Assembly: GCA_030637025.1 (NCBI GenBank)
Contig: DAOVVV010000013.1
Span: 1 to 61,161 of the forward strand
From: Clostridia bacterium
GTDB lineage: Bacteria > CBDUZB01 > JAGLHV01
Length of the DNA stretch: 61,161 bases
Direction of reading: 5' to 3'
The translations under genes and the position numbers were made by a program. The notes beneath the pieces are model-generated. The model had not been told where the DNA came from and did no database searches. It was given only the letters and a program-made list of their open reading frames with translations. Positions 38,908 through 49,583 of the stretch are shown piece by piece. The number at the start of each line of letters is the position of its first letter. Within the stretch, counting starts at the first letter, position 1.

Positions 38908-40584
38908 ATGCTTAAAAATATAAAATATTTGGTTTTTGTATTAATGATGATGTTTTGTTTAACTGGGTTTAATCATAGGGTTAAAGCGAAAGAACCATTA
39001 GCAAAAGGAAATTTTTTTTGGCATTGGCATCGAAAAACCTGCCTAAACAGTAAAAATGTAAAAAAGATTTTACAATGGAAAAGCAAAGGAATATTTTTTC
39101 ATATGGGGCTATTTGATTATTATCGGGACGAGCCGCAATTTAATGGGTTTGTGATTCAAAGTGATACCTTTAGAAGGCTTAGAGATTTAAATTTGATGCA
39201 AATCCACCTTGTTTATACTTTTTCCGGAACCAAAAAAAGTGCTTTTATTAAATATTTTCATGAGGAGACAGAAAAGGCGATATGTTTTATCCTGGAAAGA
39301 ATAGAATCTGATCTAAATGTTGTCCATGGGAAAGGGTTAAACATATCCGGAATTCAATTAGATATGGAAACAAATGTACAGTTTGACAAGTATAAAAAGT
39401 TAATAGACTCTGTGGTGCGGAGGTATGGGGAGGAGTATTTAATTTCTATTACTCCCCAGGTTTATTGGTATAAAAGAAAAGGTTTTAAGAGGTTAATCGA
39501 AAATGTCGATTTTATTGTGCCTATGATGTATGATTATGCTATTGGAAAAAACGTTAAAAGTTTGATGAAGGTGTCTGATAGCACGTGGATAAAATCTGTA
39601 TTAAGAAAATATAAATCAGTAAAGAAACCTTTTTATGCCGGTATTCCTACCTATAGTTATTGTAAAATATATAATAAAAGGGGAAAAAGAACAGAATCAT
39701 GGGCGAAGCTTTCCGTAGAAGAAGTATCGGAGAACAAAGATTTTAAATTAATTAAAGCGAAAAGAAAGAAAGGGCAAAATACTTATGTTTTTAGGGCTTT
39801 GCGCAGGACAAAGTTATATAATTATCAATTTGACCGGGGATGGACGGTAAAATTTAACCTTATTACTCCGGAAGCCGTGAGAAATTATGTTAAAGCGGTT
39901 AATAAGGTAAATCCGGAAAACTTGTTAGGTGTTGCTTTTTTTAGGTACGGATATTTTAAAGAGAATCTGGTGCTTAATGAACAGGAAATAGATCAGGTGT
40001 TAGGGCATAGTAAAACTCAAGGGTGCCGTCCTAAAGGAGAAATTTTAATTAATAGGAAAAAATATTTGCAACTTGCTGTTGGAGAAGAAGTGAAATTAAA
40101 TTTGGTTTTAATGAACGAAGGAGATCAGAGTAGTTATGTAGCAAGGACAGCAAATCAGTTCCATTTTGAAGTGGAAAACGGAGAAATTATAAAATACGAT
40201 GGTGGTGGATTTGACAGTATAAAAGAGAAAGAAAATAAATTAATTTTTAGCGAAGAACAGTTGTCAAAAAACGAAGCGGTATATTCAGGGTTGATTAAAA
40301 TAGAAGTAACATCGCTTCCTCTAATTTTAAAGTTTTCAACAAAATCCATGCAATTAAATAGAAAGGTATGGTTTCGGAGTGAAAAAAAAGTAATAGAGTT
40401 GTTTTCCCGGGAAGAGGAAATAGAACCGATAATACAAGTAGAACTAAAAACGGAGCCCGAAACGAATGAAGAAAAGGAAGAAAAAACACCAAATTCAATC
40501 CAAAACGAAGCTGATATAAAAATAAAAACAGGAAATAAAATGCAAGCCGAAAAAGGGGAAGACGTAAAAAGTATAGTCCCTTAA
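38908..40584 (+). CDS. Exported DUF3142/GH18-like TIM-barrel protein
   Basis: Signal peptide; GIQLDME, VDFIVPMMYD, PFYAGIPTY motifs. Confidence 0.65.
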   Translation: MLKNIKYLVFVLMMMFCLTGFNHRVKAKEPLAKGNFFWHWHRKTCLNSKNVKKILQWKSKGIFFHMGLFDYYRDEPQFNGFVIQSDTFRRLRDLNLMQIHLVYTFSGTKKSAFIKYFHEETEKAICFILERIESDLNVVHGKGLNISGIQLDMETNVQFDKYKKLIDSVVRRYGEEYLISITPQVYWYKRKGFKRLIENVDFIVPMMYDYAIGKNVKSLMKVSDSTWIKSVLRKYKSVKKPFYAGIPTYSYCKIYNKRGKRTESWAKLSVEEVSENKDFKLIKAKRKKGQNTYVFRALRRTKLYNYQFDRGWTVKFNLITPEAVRNYVKAVNKVNPENLLGVAFFRYGYFKENLVLNEQEIDQVLGHSKTQGCRPKGEILINRKKYLQLAVGEEVKLNLVLMNEGDQSSYVARTANQFHFEVENGEIIKYDGGGFDSIKEKENKLIFSEEQLSKNEAVYSGLIKIEVTSLPLILKFSTKSMQLNRKVWFRSEKKVIELFSREEEIEPIIQVELKTEPETNEEKEEKTPNSIQNEADIKIKTGNKMQAEKGEDVKSIVP

Positions 40585-40659
40585 TAGTGTAAACGTAACT
40601 TTGGAGAAGAAGAGTTGTTATCCTAAAAGATTAAGAAAAATTTTTAACAAGGTGAAGAA

Positions 40660-40974
40660 ATGATAAATTCCATACAAAAGATAAAAGAAGCAGAAAAAAA
40701 CGGCGAAAGACAGATTGAGAAAGCAGAGGAAGAAGCTAAAAATATTATTGAAAAAGCAGGTCAGAAGGAAAAAGAAATTATCAGTTTGGCAGAAAAACAG
40801 GCAGAAGAAGAAATAAAAGTTTTAATGGAAAAAGCAGAAAAGCAAGGAAGTATAGAGGAAGAAAAAAAATTAGAAGAAACTGAAAGAATAAGAAAAATAA
40901 TAAAAGAGAAAATAAAAGAAAATTTTTCTAATGCCAAAAAAATAATAAAAGAGAAATTGGGGATAACGGAATAA
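40660..40974 (+). CDS. V/A-type ATP synthase subunit H/G
   Basis: IQKIKEAE coiled coil; first gene of the operon. Confidence 0.8.
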   Translation: MINSIQKIKEAEKNGERQIEKAEEEAKNIIEKAGQKEKEIISLAEKQAEEEIKVLMEKAEKQGSIEEEKKLEETERIRKIIKEKIKENFSNAKKIIKEKLGITE

Positions 40975-40975
40975 A

Positions 40976-43093
40976 ATGGCCATTGCCGAAGTAAAGAAAA
41001 TAGAAATTATTGCTCATCTTTGCTGGGTGGATAAATTACTGGAAAGATTACGTAAGCACGGAGTAGTTGAAATTAAAAAAGCCGGGGAAGAGGAATTAAC
41101 TGCGAGCTGTTCCTGTTTTAAAGAATTCCTGCGTGATTCCGAAGAGAAACTCAAAGGAATAAAATATGTTGTTGGGTATTTAAAAAATTTTGTTCCTGCT
41201 AAAATGGTTAAGGAAAAGATAAAAGCAGGAAAACTTATTTTAAAAAAGAAAGAAATAGCTCAATTAATTAAGTCTATAGATGTTTTTAGTGTCGAGGAAG
41301 AATGCCGGGTTTTGGAAAAAGAAAGCCAGGAATTACAAAGAGAAAAAAACAATTTAAAACTACAAATTGAGCAACTCCGTCCCTGGAAAAAGTTGATGGT
41401 ACCCTTGAAAGAATTAACCGACACTAAGTATGTCCGGTTTTTACTTGGAGGATTACCGCAGGATAAATATGACCTTTTGGTAAGTGAGCTAAGTAACTAT
41501 GAAGGAGTGCTGGTACATGAAATTTATACGGAAAAAAAGATCAAATATGGATTGGTTATTTTTCTGAAGGAAGATACAGAGATTATACAAAAGGTGTTAA
41601 AAAAATACTCATTTAATCAAGTGGGTTTACCCTCTGTTCCTGTTATGTGTGAAGAATTAATTTCTCAGAAAGAACATTTGTCGGAGAAGGTAAGAATTAA
41701 ACAAAAACAAGTAGAAGAAAAAGCAAAAAATAAGGCTAAGGATTTTATTAATTTTGTGATTTTATCTGATTACTACGAAAATATGCAAAAGAAAGAGGAA
41801 GTGAAAAAAAAATTTTTAAAAACGAAATCCGTTTTTTATTTAACCGGCTGGATTTTGGCCAGAAAACAAAAAGAAGTAAAAGAAGATTTGGAAAATAAAT
41901 TTCCGGAAATCGAAATAGATTTTAAGGTTCCCGGAAAAAACGAAGATATTCCGGTTGCTCTGGAAAATAAGAAAATAGTAGAACCCTTTGAAGTAATTAC
42001 CGATTTATATGGACGGCCTTTTTATTCGGGAATGGATCCTACGCCGGTATTAGCTTTGTTTTATGCTTTGTTTTTTGGGTTATGCATAACGGATGCCGGA
42101 TATGGAATAATAATTTGTCTTATTACTTCTTTCAGTTTGGTTTATTTTAGAAAAAAAATGGATGAGCAACTGCGCAAATTTATTGCGTTATTTTTGTTAG
42201 GAGGAGTTTGTACTATTTTAATGGGGATGATGACCGGCGGGTGGTTTGGAATGACCGTGAAATGGAAGTTATTTGATCCCCTTAACGATTTACAGATATT
42301 TTTTGCTATAGCCTTGAGTTTAGGAGTAATTCATGTTATTTGCGGTCTGGGAATGAAAATATATGAAAATATCGGTTATAAACAATGGCAGGCGGCAATT
42401 TGGGATCAGGGACTATGGATTTTGCTTATTCTTTCTTCAATAGGATGGGCAATAACAAAAATGGGAATAATTTCTGGGGGTATGTGTTTATTATTTAAAG
42501 TAGGAATTTTTGTGGCGGTATTCGGAATAATTTGTTTTCAGGGAAGAACTGTAGATAAAAACCTGGGAGAAAAAACAGACAAAGAGTATACTCTTTTATG
42601 GATAACCCTGATTATTAGTTGTTCTCTTCTGATATCCGGGATATTTAAATTTATAAGTGCGTTTTGTTTGGTTTTTTCTTTTTTAGGAATAATTTATTTA
42701 GGACGGAGAAATATTCTTTCTCTCCTGGGACGGATAGGGTTAGGATGCTATGCTTTATATGGAAGTACAGCTTATTTAGGAGATATTCTTTCTTATTCCC
42801 GTTTGGTAGCCCTGGGCTTAGGTACGGGAATTGTAGGGTTGGTGGTTAATAAAATGGCCGGGGTTGCGGCGCAAACTCCTATTTATATAAGCATTATTTT
42901 AGTTCCCTTGATTTTGTTATTAGGTCATACTTTTAATTTGGCAATAAACATCCTCAGTGCGTTTGTTCATTCCTGCCGGTTGCAGTATGTAGAGTTTTTT
43001 ACTAAATTTTACCAGTCGGGAGGAAAGTTTTTTAAACCATTTAAAGAAGAATATAAATATATTACCATACAGTCAGATGATATGCCTGATTAA
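40976..43093 (+). CDS. atpI: V/A-type ATP synthase subunit I
   Basis: DPTP..FFG..DAGYG, DILSYSRL, RLQYVEFF. Confidence 0.95.
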   Translation: MAIAEVKKIEIIAHLCWVDKLLERLRKHGVVEIKKAGEEELTASCSCFKEFLRDSEEKLKGIKYVVGYLKNFVPAKMVKEKIKAGKLILKKKEIAQLIKSIDVFSVEEECRVLEKESQELQREKNNLKLQIEQLRPWKKLMVPLKELTDTKYVRFLLGGLPQDKYDLLVSELSNYEGVLVHEIYTEKKIKYGLVIFLKEDTEIIQKVLKKYSFNQVGLPSVPVMCEELISQKEHLSEKVRIKQKQVEEKAKNKAKDFINFVILSDYYENMQKKEEVKKKFLKTKSVFYLTGWILARKQKEVKEDLENKFPEIEIDFKVPGKNEDIPVALENKKIVEPFEVITDLYGRPFYSGMDPTPVLALFYALFFGLCITDAGYGIIICLITSFSLVYFRKKMDEQLRKFIALFLLGGVCTILMGMMTGGWFGMTVKWKLFDPLNDLQIFFAIALSLGVIHVICGLGMKIYENIGYKQWQAAIWDQGLWILLILSSIGWAITKMGIISGGMCLLFKVGIFVAVFGIICFQGRTVDKNLGEKTDKEYTLLWITLIISCSLLISGIFKFISAFCLVFSFLGIIYLGRRNILSLLGRIGLGCYALYGSTAYLGDILSYSRLVALGLGTGIVGLVVNKMAGVAAQTPIYISIILVPLILLLGHTFNLAINILSAFVHSCRLQYVEFFTKFYQSGGKFFKPFKEEYKYITIQSDDMPD

Positions 43094-43094
43094 T

Positions 43095-43310
43095 CTCAAT
43101 GAGACTTAGAGTTTTTATCAGCTAAGCTGATAAAAACTCTGTAGTCGAATTGATTCCGAGCGACCGAAGGGAAGCGAAGGGGCGCGTGTGTAAACTCCTT
43201 CAGCTAAGCTGATAAAAACTCTGTAGTCGAATTGATCCTGAGCACTTATGCAGGAAGTGCGAAGGGTCGTGGGTATAATTCCCAGCAGCTATGCTGCGGG
43301 GAGAATTCAT
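43095..43310. repeat. Composite nested palindromic repeat between atpI and atpK
   Basis: Palindrome AGAGTTTTTATCAGC-TAA-GCTGATAAAAACTCT 43108-43140; 36-bp direct repeat at 43119 and 43201; CCTGAGC..GCGAAGGG and GCAGCTATGCTGCGGGG motifs related to 7535-7750. Confidence 0.75.
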
Positions 43311-43438
43311 TAGAGCTGTAGTTGTATTCTAAGGTGGAAAGTGTATTAAGACCATCGTTTTAATAAAGCAAGATTGTTTATCAAAGGGGTCTAAATTATT
43401 TACGAAAGAAAAAAAAATTATATAGAGGAGGATAAAAA

Positions 43439-43921
43439 ATGTCTTTGGGAATGATGTTATCTCTTTTGGGGGCCATTATTGTGTCCACTATTTCCGGGAT
43501 CGGTTCTGCTTTAGGAATCTCAATTTCCGGGTCAGCGGCTAATGGGTTGCTTAGTGAAGAACCGGAAAAATTTGGAAAAAGTCTTATTTTAGTAGCTTTA
43601 CCGGGAACGCAGGGTATCTATGGGCTTGTTTCCGGGGTAGTAATTCTTATTGTTTTAGGTTTTTTTGGAGAGGTTAGAGATCCCAGCACTATGCAGGGTT
43701 TGGCTATTTTAGGGGTTGGGGTATTTGAAGCTTTAGTATTATGGTGGTCGGGAATATTTCAGGGAAAAACCTGTGCTGCAGGTATGGGCATTGTAGCTAA
43801 AAACCCTGAACATGCAATGAAAGGGGTCATTAATGCCATTATGGTGGAAACTTATGCTGTTTTTGGCTTTTTGGCGGCAGTATTAATTCTTTTTGTGGCT
43901 ATTGCCCCGGGGTTAAATTAA
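43439..43921 (+). CDS. atpK: V/A-type ATP synthase subunit K (c-ring, four TM)
   Basis: LPGTQGIYG, IFQGK, MVETYA; NtpK-like. Confidence 0.95.
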   Translation: MSLGMMLSLLGAIIVSTISGIGSALGISISGSAANGLLSEEPEKFGKSLILVALPGTQGIYGLVSGVVILIVLGFFGEVRDPSTMQGLAILGVGVFEALVLWWSGIFQGKTCAAGMGIVAKNPEHAMKGVINAIMVETYAVFGFLAAVLILFVAIAPGLN

Positions 43922-43959
43922 GTTAGAATAAAGGAAAAATAAGGTGAGGACCTAAAATT

Positions 43960-44565
43960 ATGTCTTTAGAAAAAATTATTGAACGAATAAATCATGAAAT
44001 AAAAAAAAAGGTGGAGGCTATTTTAGATACGGCAAGGAAAAAAGAAAAAGATATTTTAGCCGAAGCCCATAAAAAAGCACAGGGAAAGTACGAACAAAAA
44101 ATAAAAAAGGGCAAAGAAAAAGGGCAGGCAGTGAAAAATAATCTTTTAGCTGAGGGACGCTTAGAACAAAGGAAAGCAATTTTGGAAACTAAGCAGGAAC
44201 AGATAGAGAATATTTATCAGTCAATATTTAACCAGGTGTTAGATGGACCGGTAGAAAAATACCAGAATTTTATAAAGAAAATTATTTTAGAAATTATGGA
44301 GTCGCAAGATGGGGAGATTTTTATTTCTTCCCGGGATGCTGATAAAATTACTCCCCGGTTTATTGAGAAGGTAAATAAAGAATTAAAAATAAAGCAAAAA
44401 GGAAAATTAAAACTTTCCGGACAAACAGTAGATATAAACGGGGGATTTATTTTAAGACAGGGAAAGATAGAAATAGATAATTCTTTTAATACCTGGAATA
44501 AGTTAATAAGAGAAGAAACCCTGGAGGAAGTAAGTAGCCGGTTGTTTAATAAGGTGGATTATTGA
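43960..44565 (+). CDS. atpE: V/A-type ATP synthase subunit E
   Basis: MSLEKIIERI, INGGFIL..IEIDNSF. Confidence 0.9.
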   Translation: MSLEKIIERINHEIKKKVEAILDTARKKEKDILAEAHKKAQGKYEQKIKKGKEKGQAVKNNLLAEGRLEQRKAILETKQEQIENIYQSIFNQVLDGPVEKYQNFIKKIILEIMESQDGEIFISSRDADKITPRFIEKVNKELKIKQKGKLKLSGQTVDINGGFILRQGKIEIDNSFNTWNKLIREETLEEVSSRLFNKVDY

Positions 44566-44599
44566 TGGCTGAACCGGAAATGGACAAAGAGTATATAAA

Positions 44600-44729
44600 A
44601 GAGTTCTGCAAAATAGCCTTTTTACCTTGATTGTCATTCCTGCGAAAGAAGGAATCTATTGATATTTAAAAATATTATAGATTCCGCATCAAGTGCGGAA
44701 TGACAGAATATTGTATTTTACTGAACTCT
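44600..44729. mobile_element. MITE-like family A copy (no nested insertion)
   Basis: Ends AGAGTTCTGCAAAATA / TATTTTACTGAACTCT; two internal ATTCC..GGAAT hairpins. Confidence 0.8.
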
Positions 44730-44755
44730 TAGTACATAAAGTAAAAGAGGAAGAA

Positions 44756-45772
44756 ATGAAAACGGAATATGCGTATGCATCAGGGAAGATTAGGGCGTTA
44801 GAAAACAAATTTTTTAATAAACCGGAATTAGCCGGGTTGTTGGAAATGCCTTTTAGCAGTATTGTAGAAGAGCTGGAGAACCGGGGATATCCAGGAGTAG
44901 AAAAAGAAAAAAATATCATTGGGAAGGAAGAAGAAATAATCATTTTAGAGGAAATGATCGACACCCGGTTAAGTAAAGCGTATAAAATGGTTAGAGAGTT
45001 GTCTTTGGATCCTGCGATTACAGATGCTTTTATTTTACTTAATGACGGACATAATTTGAAAGGTTTAATCAAATTAAAATATACTCAAATAAAAAAAAAG
45101 AAAAAAGTTTTTTTAAAAAAAAGCCTTTTCGGAGAGGAAGAATTAAAAAAAATGGTGGAAAGTAATAATTTTTCTGCTTTTCCGCTAAGTTTACAAGGTC
45201 TTCCCCATGAAGCAGTAGAAGCTTATAAGCGGTGGAAAAATCCGCAAAATATAGATTTTATTCTGGACAGAGGGTTTTGGGAGTATTTTAAAACTCAGAC
45301 CGAAGAAAATGTGTTTGTAAACGAAGTAAGGAAAATTAGAATTGATTTAATTAATATTTTGATTTTTTTACGGCTTAAAGAGAAAAAACAGAAAGAAACT
45401 ATTTTAACGAAGTCTTTAATTTCCGGGGGGACAATAACAAAAGATAAGTTTTTAGAAAATTTTTCGGATCAAAAAAATATAAATGATTTTATCGGAAAGA
45501 TAAAATTTTCACCTTATAAAGAAATAGTCAGAGAAGGTTATAATTACTGGGAAAAAGAACGTTCTTTTTCCTTTTTAGAAAAATTAGGGGATGATTTTTT
45601 AATAAATTATATAAAAAAAGCAAAGTATTCTTTTTTGAGTATAAATCTTTTAATCGGTTATCTTTTAGCCCGGGAAAATGAAGCTAAAAATTTACGCATC
45701 CTGCTTTATGGGAAATATTCTGATTTAAGCAAAGAAATAATCGAGGGTGAATTGAGGGAAACCTATGTCTGA
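44756..45772 (+). CDS. atpC: V/A-type ATP synthase subunit C
   Basis: YAYASGKIRALE, IDLINI, GYLLARENEAKNLR; start MKTEY after GAGG (ORF-track extension runs into the MITE). Confidence 0.9.
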   Translation: MKTEYAYASGKIRALENKFFNKPELAGLLEMPFSSIVEELENRGYPGVEKEKNIIGKEEEIIILEEMIDTRLSKAYKMVRELSLDPAITDAFILLNDGHNLKGLIKLKYTQIKKKKKVFLKKSLFGEEELKKMVESNNFSAFPLSLQGLPHEAVEAYKRWKNPQNIDFILDRGFWEYFKTQTEENVFVNEVRKIRIDLINILIFLRLKEKKQKETILTKSLISGGTITKDKFLENFSDQKNINDFIGKIKFSPYKEIVREGYNYWEKERSFSFLEKLGDDFLINYIKKAKYSFLSINLLIGYLLARENEAKNLRILLYGKYSDLSKEIIEGELRETYV

Positions 45773-46076
45773 AATTTGTATCATCGGAGAAAAAGAATTT
45801 ATTTCCGGCTTTGAAAGTCTGGGGTTTTCTGTTTTTCCGGTAAAAAATAATGTAGAAACCGAAGAAGCATTAAAAAAAGTTATAGAACAAAAATTCTCTA
45901 TTATTTATTTAATGGAAGATTTTTTGGAAAATTTTGAAAAAACAAGAGAAATAAGTAAGACTTTTACGGGGACAATAATAACTATTCCCGGTCAAAAAAA
46001 GGGGAAAAATATAGGGTGGATGAGATTGAAAAAAATGGTAGAAGAAGCTACAGGGGTTGATTTATTAAAAGAGTAA
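45765..46076 (+). CDS. atpF: V/A-type ATP synthase subunit F
   Basis: [24 protein letters not shown]. Confidence 0.9.
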   Translation: MSEICIIGEKEFISGFESLGFSVFPVKNNVETEEALKKVIEQKFSIIYLMEDFLENFEKTREISKTFTGTIITIPGQKKGKNIGWMRLKKMVEEATGVDLLKE

Positions 46077-46104
46077 AAAAGAGATAAGGTTAAAGGAGAA
46101 TATA

Positions 46105-47892
46105 GTGAAAATAAAAGGAAAAATAATAAAAGTATCCGGTCCTTTGGTAGTAGCTACGGATTTACCGGGGGTAAAGATGTACGAAGTCGTCCGGGTGGGA
46201 GCAGAAGGGTTAATAGGGGAGGTAGTGGAGTTAAAAGGAGACCATGTTTCCATTCAGGTTTATGAAGAAACTACCGGGATAGGTCCGGGAGAGGTTGTGG
46301 TTGCTACCGGACAACCTTTATCAGTAGAATTAGGTCCGGGATTGGTTACTTCTATTTATGACGGAATTCAACGGCCCCTGGAGGTAATAAGCCAAAAAGT
46401 AGGGGATTATATTTCCCGGGGGATAGATTTTCCCAAAATTAATCGGGAGAAAAAATGGAAATTTATTCCACTGGCCAAGAAGGGAGAAAAGGTTAAAGCC
46501 GGAGATATTTTAGGGCAGGTTAATGAAACCGAATTAGTAATACATAAGATTATGGTTTCTCCCGGGGTAGAAGGAACTATAAAAAATATTTTTGCCGGAG
46601 AATTTACCGTAGAAGAGACTATTGTGGAGTTGAATGTTGAAGATGAAAAGCAAATAAAAAAGCTTTGTATGTTACAGCACTGGCCGGTAAGGCAAGCACG
46701 GCCTTACCGGAAAAAACTTAGTCCCCATGAACCATTAATTACCGGGACACGGGTAATCGATACTTTTTTTCCCATAGCCAAGGGAGGAACAGCCTGTATC
46801 CCGGGCCCTTTTGGATCAGGAAAAACGGTTGTCCTTCACCAATTAGCCAAATGGTCGGATGCGGATATTATTGTTTATGTGGGATGTGGTGAGCGGGGAA
46901 ATGAAATGACCGATGTTTTATTAGAATTTCCGGCCTTGAAGGATCCTCACACCGGGGAATCATTAATTAAAAGAACAATTTTAATTGCTAATACCTCTAA
47001 TATGCCGGTGGCGGCACGGGAAGCTTCTATTTATACCGGGATTACACTGGCTGAATATTTTCGGGATATGGGCTATAAAGTAGCTTTAATGGCTGATTCC
47101 ACTTCCCGCTGGGCTGAGGCATTAAGGGAAATGTCCGGAAGATTGGAAGAAATGCCGGGAGAAGAAGGTTATCCTGCTTATTTAGCCTCAAGAATAGCTT
47201 CTTTTTATGAAAGAGCCGGAATGGTAGCCTGTTTAGGCTCTGATAATCGCATTGCTTCTCTTTCTATTATTGGGGCGGTTTCTCCTCCCGGAGGAGATTT
47301 GGCTGACCCGGTAGTACAGAATACTTTGCGTATTGTAAAAGTTTTTTGGGGGTTGGAAGACCGTTTAGCTTATATGAGGCATTTTCCGGCAATAAACTGG
47401 TTGCGCAGTTATTCGTTATATTTAGATAATCTTTATGGGTTTATGGAAAAAGAAGTAGCCCCTGATTTTATGAAAATGCGTAATGAAGCTCTGAAGATTT
47501 TACAGAAAGTGGCCAATCTGGAAGAAATTGTCCGTCTGGTAGGATTAGAAGCTTTGTCAGCAGAGGATAGATTAATTTTAGAGATGGGGAAAACAATAAA
47601 AGAAGATTTCTTGCATCAACATGCTTTTGATGAGGTAGATACTTATACTTCTTTAAAAAAACAGTATCTGATGCTTAAGATTATTATGCGGTTATATTAT
47701 TTAGTGCGGGAATTAGTAGATAAAATTCCTTTTGAACAATTAATAGAGTTAAAAGTCAGGGAAGAGATAAGTAAAATGAAATTTATAGATGAAAAAGAAA
47801 TCAATCGGTTTGAAGACATTGAAAAACAATTGGAAAAAGAGATAAAAATGAAAAAGGATTCTTTGGAAAAAGAAAGCGTATTAAGTGAATAA
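46105..47892 (+). CDS. atpA: V/A-type ATP synthase subunit A
   Basis: [30 protein letters not shown]. Confidence 0.97.
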   Translation: MKIKGKIIKVSGPLVVATDLPGVKMYEVVRVGAEGLIGEVVELKGDHVSIQVYEETTGIGPGEVVVATGQPLSVELGPGLVTSIYDGIQRPLEVISQKVGDYISRGIDFPKINREKKWKFIPLAKKGEKVKAGDILGQVNETELVIHKIMVSPGVEGTIKNIFAGEFTVEETIVELNVEDEKQIKKLCMLQHWPVRQARPYRKKLSPHEPLITGTRVIDTFFPIAKGGTACIPGPFGSGKTVVLHQLAKWSDADIIVYVGCGERGNEMTDVLLEFPALKDPHTGESLIKRTILIANTSNMPVAAREASIYTGITLAEYFRDMGYKVALMADSTSRWAEALREMSGRLEEMPGEEGYPAYLASRIASFYERAGMVACLGSDNRIASLSIIGAVSPPGGDLADPVVQNTLRIVKVFWGLEDRLAYMRHFPAINWLRSYSLYLDNLYGFMEKEVAPDFMKMRNEALKILQKVANLEEIVRLVGLEALSAEDRLILEMGKTIKEDFLHQHAFDEVDTYTSLKKQYLMLKIIMRLYYLVRELVDKIPFEQLIELKVREEISKMKFIDEKEINRFEDIEKQLEKEIKMKKDSLEKESVLSE

Positions 47893-47912
47893 ATAAAGGG
47901 TGGTTACTTGAA

Positions 47913-49526
47913 ATGCTTAGCCAAATACTAAATTTTGAAAGAAAGAAAAGTTATTGGATTATCGGATTGGTGCTGTTTTGTGGTTTAGTTTTATCTTGCA
48001 GTAAGGGAGAAGACGCGGTTAGCAAAACGATAAAGGAAAGCGAACATTTAATTCAGGCAAAAGAGGCTTTTTTGCAAGGCGATTGGGATAAAGTAATTCA
48101 ATACGGGGAAGAAGGAATAAAAAAAGAGCCGGATGATGCTATTCTGAGTCAATTATTGTTGGCTGCTTATGTATTGAAAGGAGACGATTTTTATAAAAAG
48201 GCGATAGAGTTTACAATAAAAAAAGAAGTACTATTAGAAAAGAATGAAAAAAAATTTTTGAATTGGGCCCGAAATTTGGTTAAAAATAATTCTCAGAACA
48301 GCTATTCTCATTATTGTTTAAGTAAATCAATGGGGAAAAAGAAAAAGGCAATCGGACCTTTGAAAAAAGCAATAGAAATTAATTCTCAATTTAGTGAGGC
48401 TTATTCCAGATTGGGAATGATTTTTGAAGAGAAAAAAGCATGGGATAAAGCCGAGTTTTATCTAAAAAAAGCATTGGAAAACAGCCAAAATTCAAAGGCT
48501 ATAAATTTGTGGCGTTTATCTTTTATGTATTTGTCGTCAAAAAAATATGAATTGGCTGAATCCTATGCATTAAAGGCTATTGAAAAAAAAACCGATTTTG
48601 AAATGGCGTATCTTACTTTAGGGGCTATTTATTTCCGAATGAATGAATTAGGAAAGGCAATCAATTCCTGGAAGGAATTTGTTCGCCTGGATCCTGAGGA
48701 AAAAATAGGAAAAGGGATAAAAGAACAGATTTTATTATTAGAAAAAATGCTTAAAAATAAAGAGATATTACTGAAAAGCGTTTCTATGGATGAAGAAAAG
48801 ATTTCGATATTAAAAGAAGCTTTATTGCAAGGGGATTGGAATAAATTGATTGAATTTGGAGAAAAAGAAATAAAAGAAAACCCCCATAATTTGCTGCTTT
48901 GTCATTTGCTCCATTCAGCTTATGAGTTTAAAGGGGATCCTTTTTTGGAAAAAGTTCAAGATTTCCTGGCTGAAATAGAACCATTGTTTAAAAATAAAAA
49001 GAATATGAATAAAGTTTTTACCTGGGCGGAAGAGTTAACTAAAAAATATCCCCAAAATTGTTATGCGCATTTTCATTTGGGCAAAAGTTCTCTGGGAATG
49101 GGTAAAAGTGGAAAAGCAATTGAGTCCTTTAAAAAAGCAATAGAGATTAATCCAACGTTTAGCGAAGCTTATTTTCGACTAGGAGCTATTTATGAGCAGG
49201 TAAATTCATTGAATAAAGCTGAATATTATCTGAAAAAAGCCCTTGAAAATCCGCAAAATTCAGAAGCTAAATATTCTATAAGTCTTGCAGATATTTATGA
49301 GTCTTTGAAAGAGTACAACCTTGCTATGGATTATGCACTAAGGGCTATCGAAAAAAAACCTGATTATACAGGAGCATATGTTTTTATTGGGACTCTTTAT
49401 ACAAAAAAGGGCAATTATAATTTAGAAATGGCGAAAAATTACTGGGAAAAAGCTGTTCAATTAGATCCTAATGGAGAAAATGGGAAATTGGCACAGGAAT
49501 GGATTTTATCATTACCAAAGAAATAA
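47913..49526 (+). CDS. TPR-repeat lipoprotein with internal duplication
   Basis: Lipobox VLSC; TPR motifs KKAIEIN..SEAY.RLG; two homologous halves. Confidence 0.85.
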   Translation: MLSQILNFERKKSYWIIGLVLFCGLVLSCSKGEDAVSKTIKESEHLIQAKEAFLQGDWDKVIQYGEEGIKKEPDDAILSQLLLAAYVLKGDDFYKKAIEFTIKKEVLLEKNEKKFLNWARNLVKNNSQNSYSHYCLSKSMGKKKKAIGPLKKAIEINSQFSEAYSRLGMIFEEKKAWDKAEFYLKKALENSQNSKAINLWRLSFMYLSSKKYELAESYALKAIEKKTDFEMAYLTLGAIYFRMNELGKAINSWKEFVRLDPEEKIGKGIKEQILLLEKMLKNKEILLKSVSMDEEKISILKEALLQGDWNKLIEFGEKEIKENPHNLLLCHLLHSAYEFKGDPFLEKVQDFLAEIEPLFKNKKNMNKVFTWAEELTKKYPQNCYAHFHLGKSSLGMGKSGKAIESFKKAIEINPTFSEAYFRLGAIYEQVNSLNKAEYYLKKALENPQNSEAKYSISLADIYESLKEYNLAMDYALRAIEKKPDYTGAYVFIGTLYTKKGNYNLEMAKNYWEKAVQLDPNGENGKLAQEWILSLPKK

Positions 49527-49583
49527 ACACTTACAATTGGGTTTGTATCATGAATCCTGTATCGTGAAAAAGAGGAGGAAACA

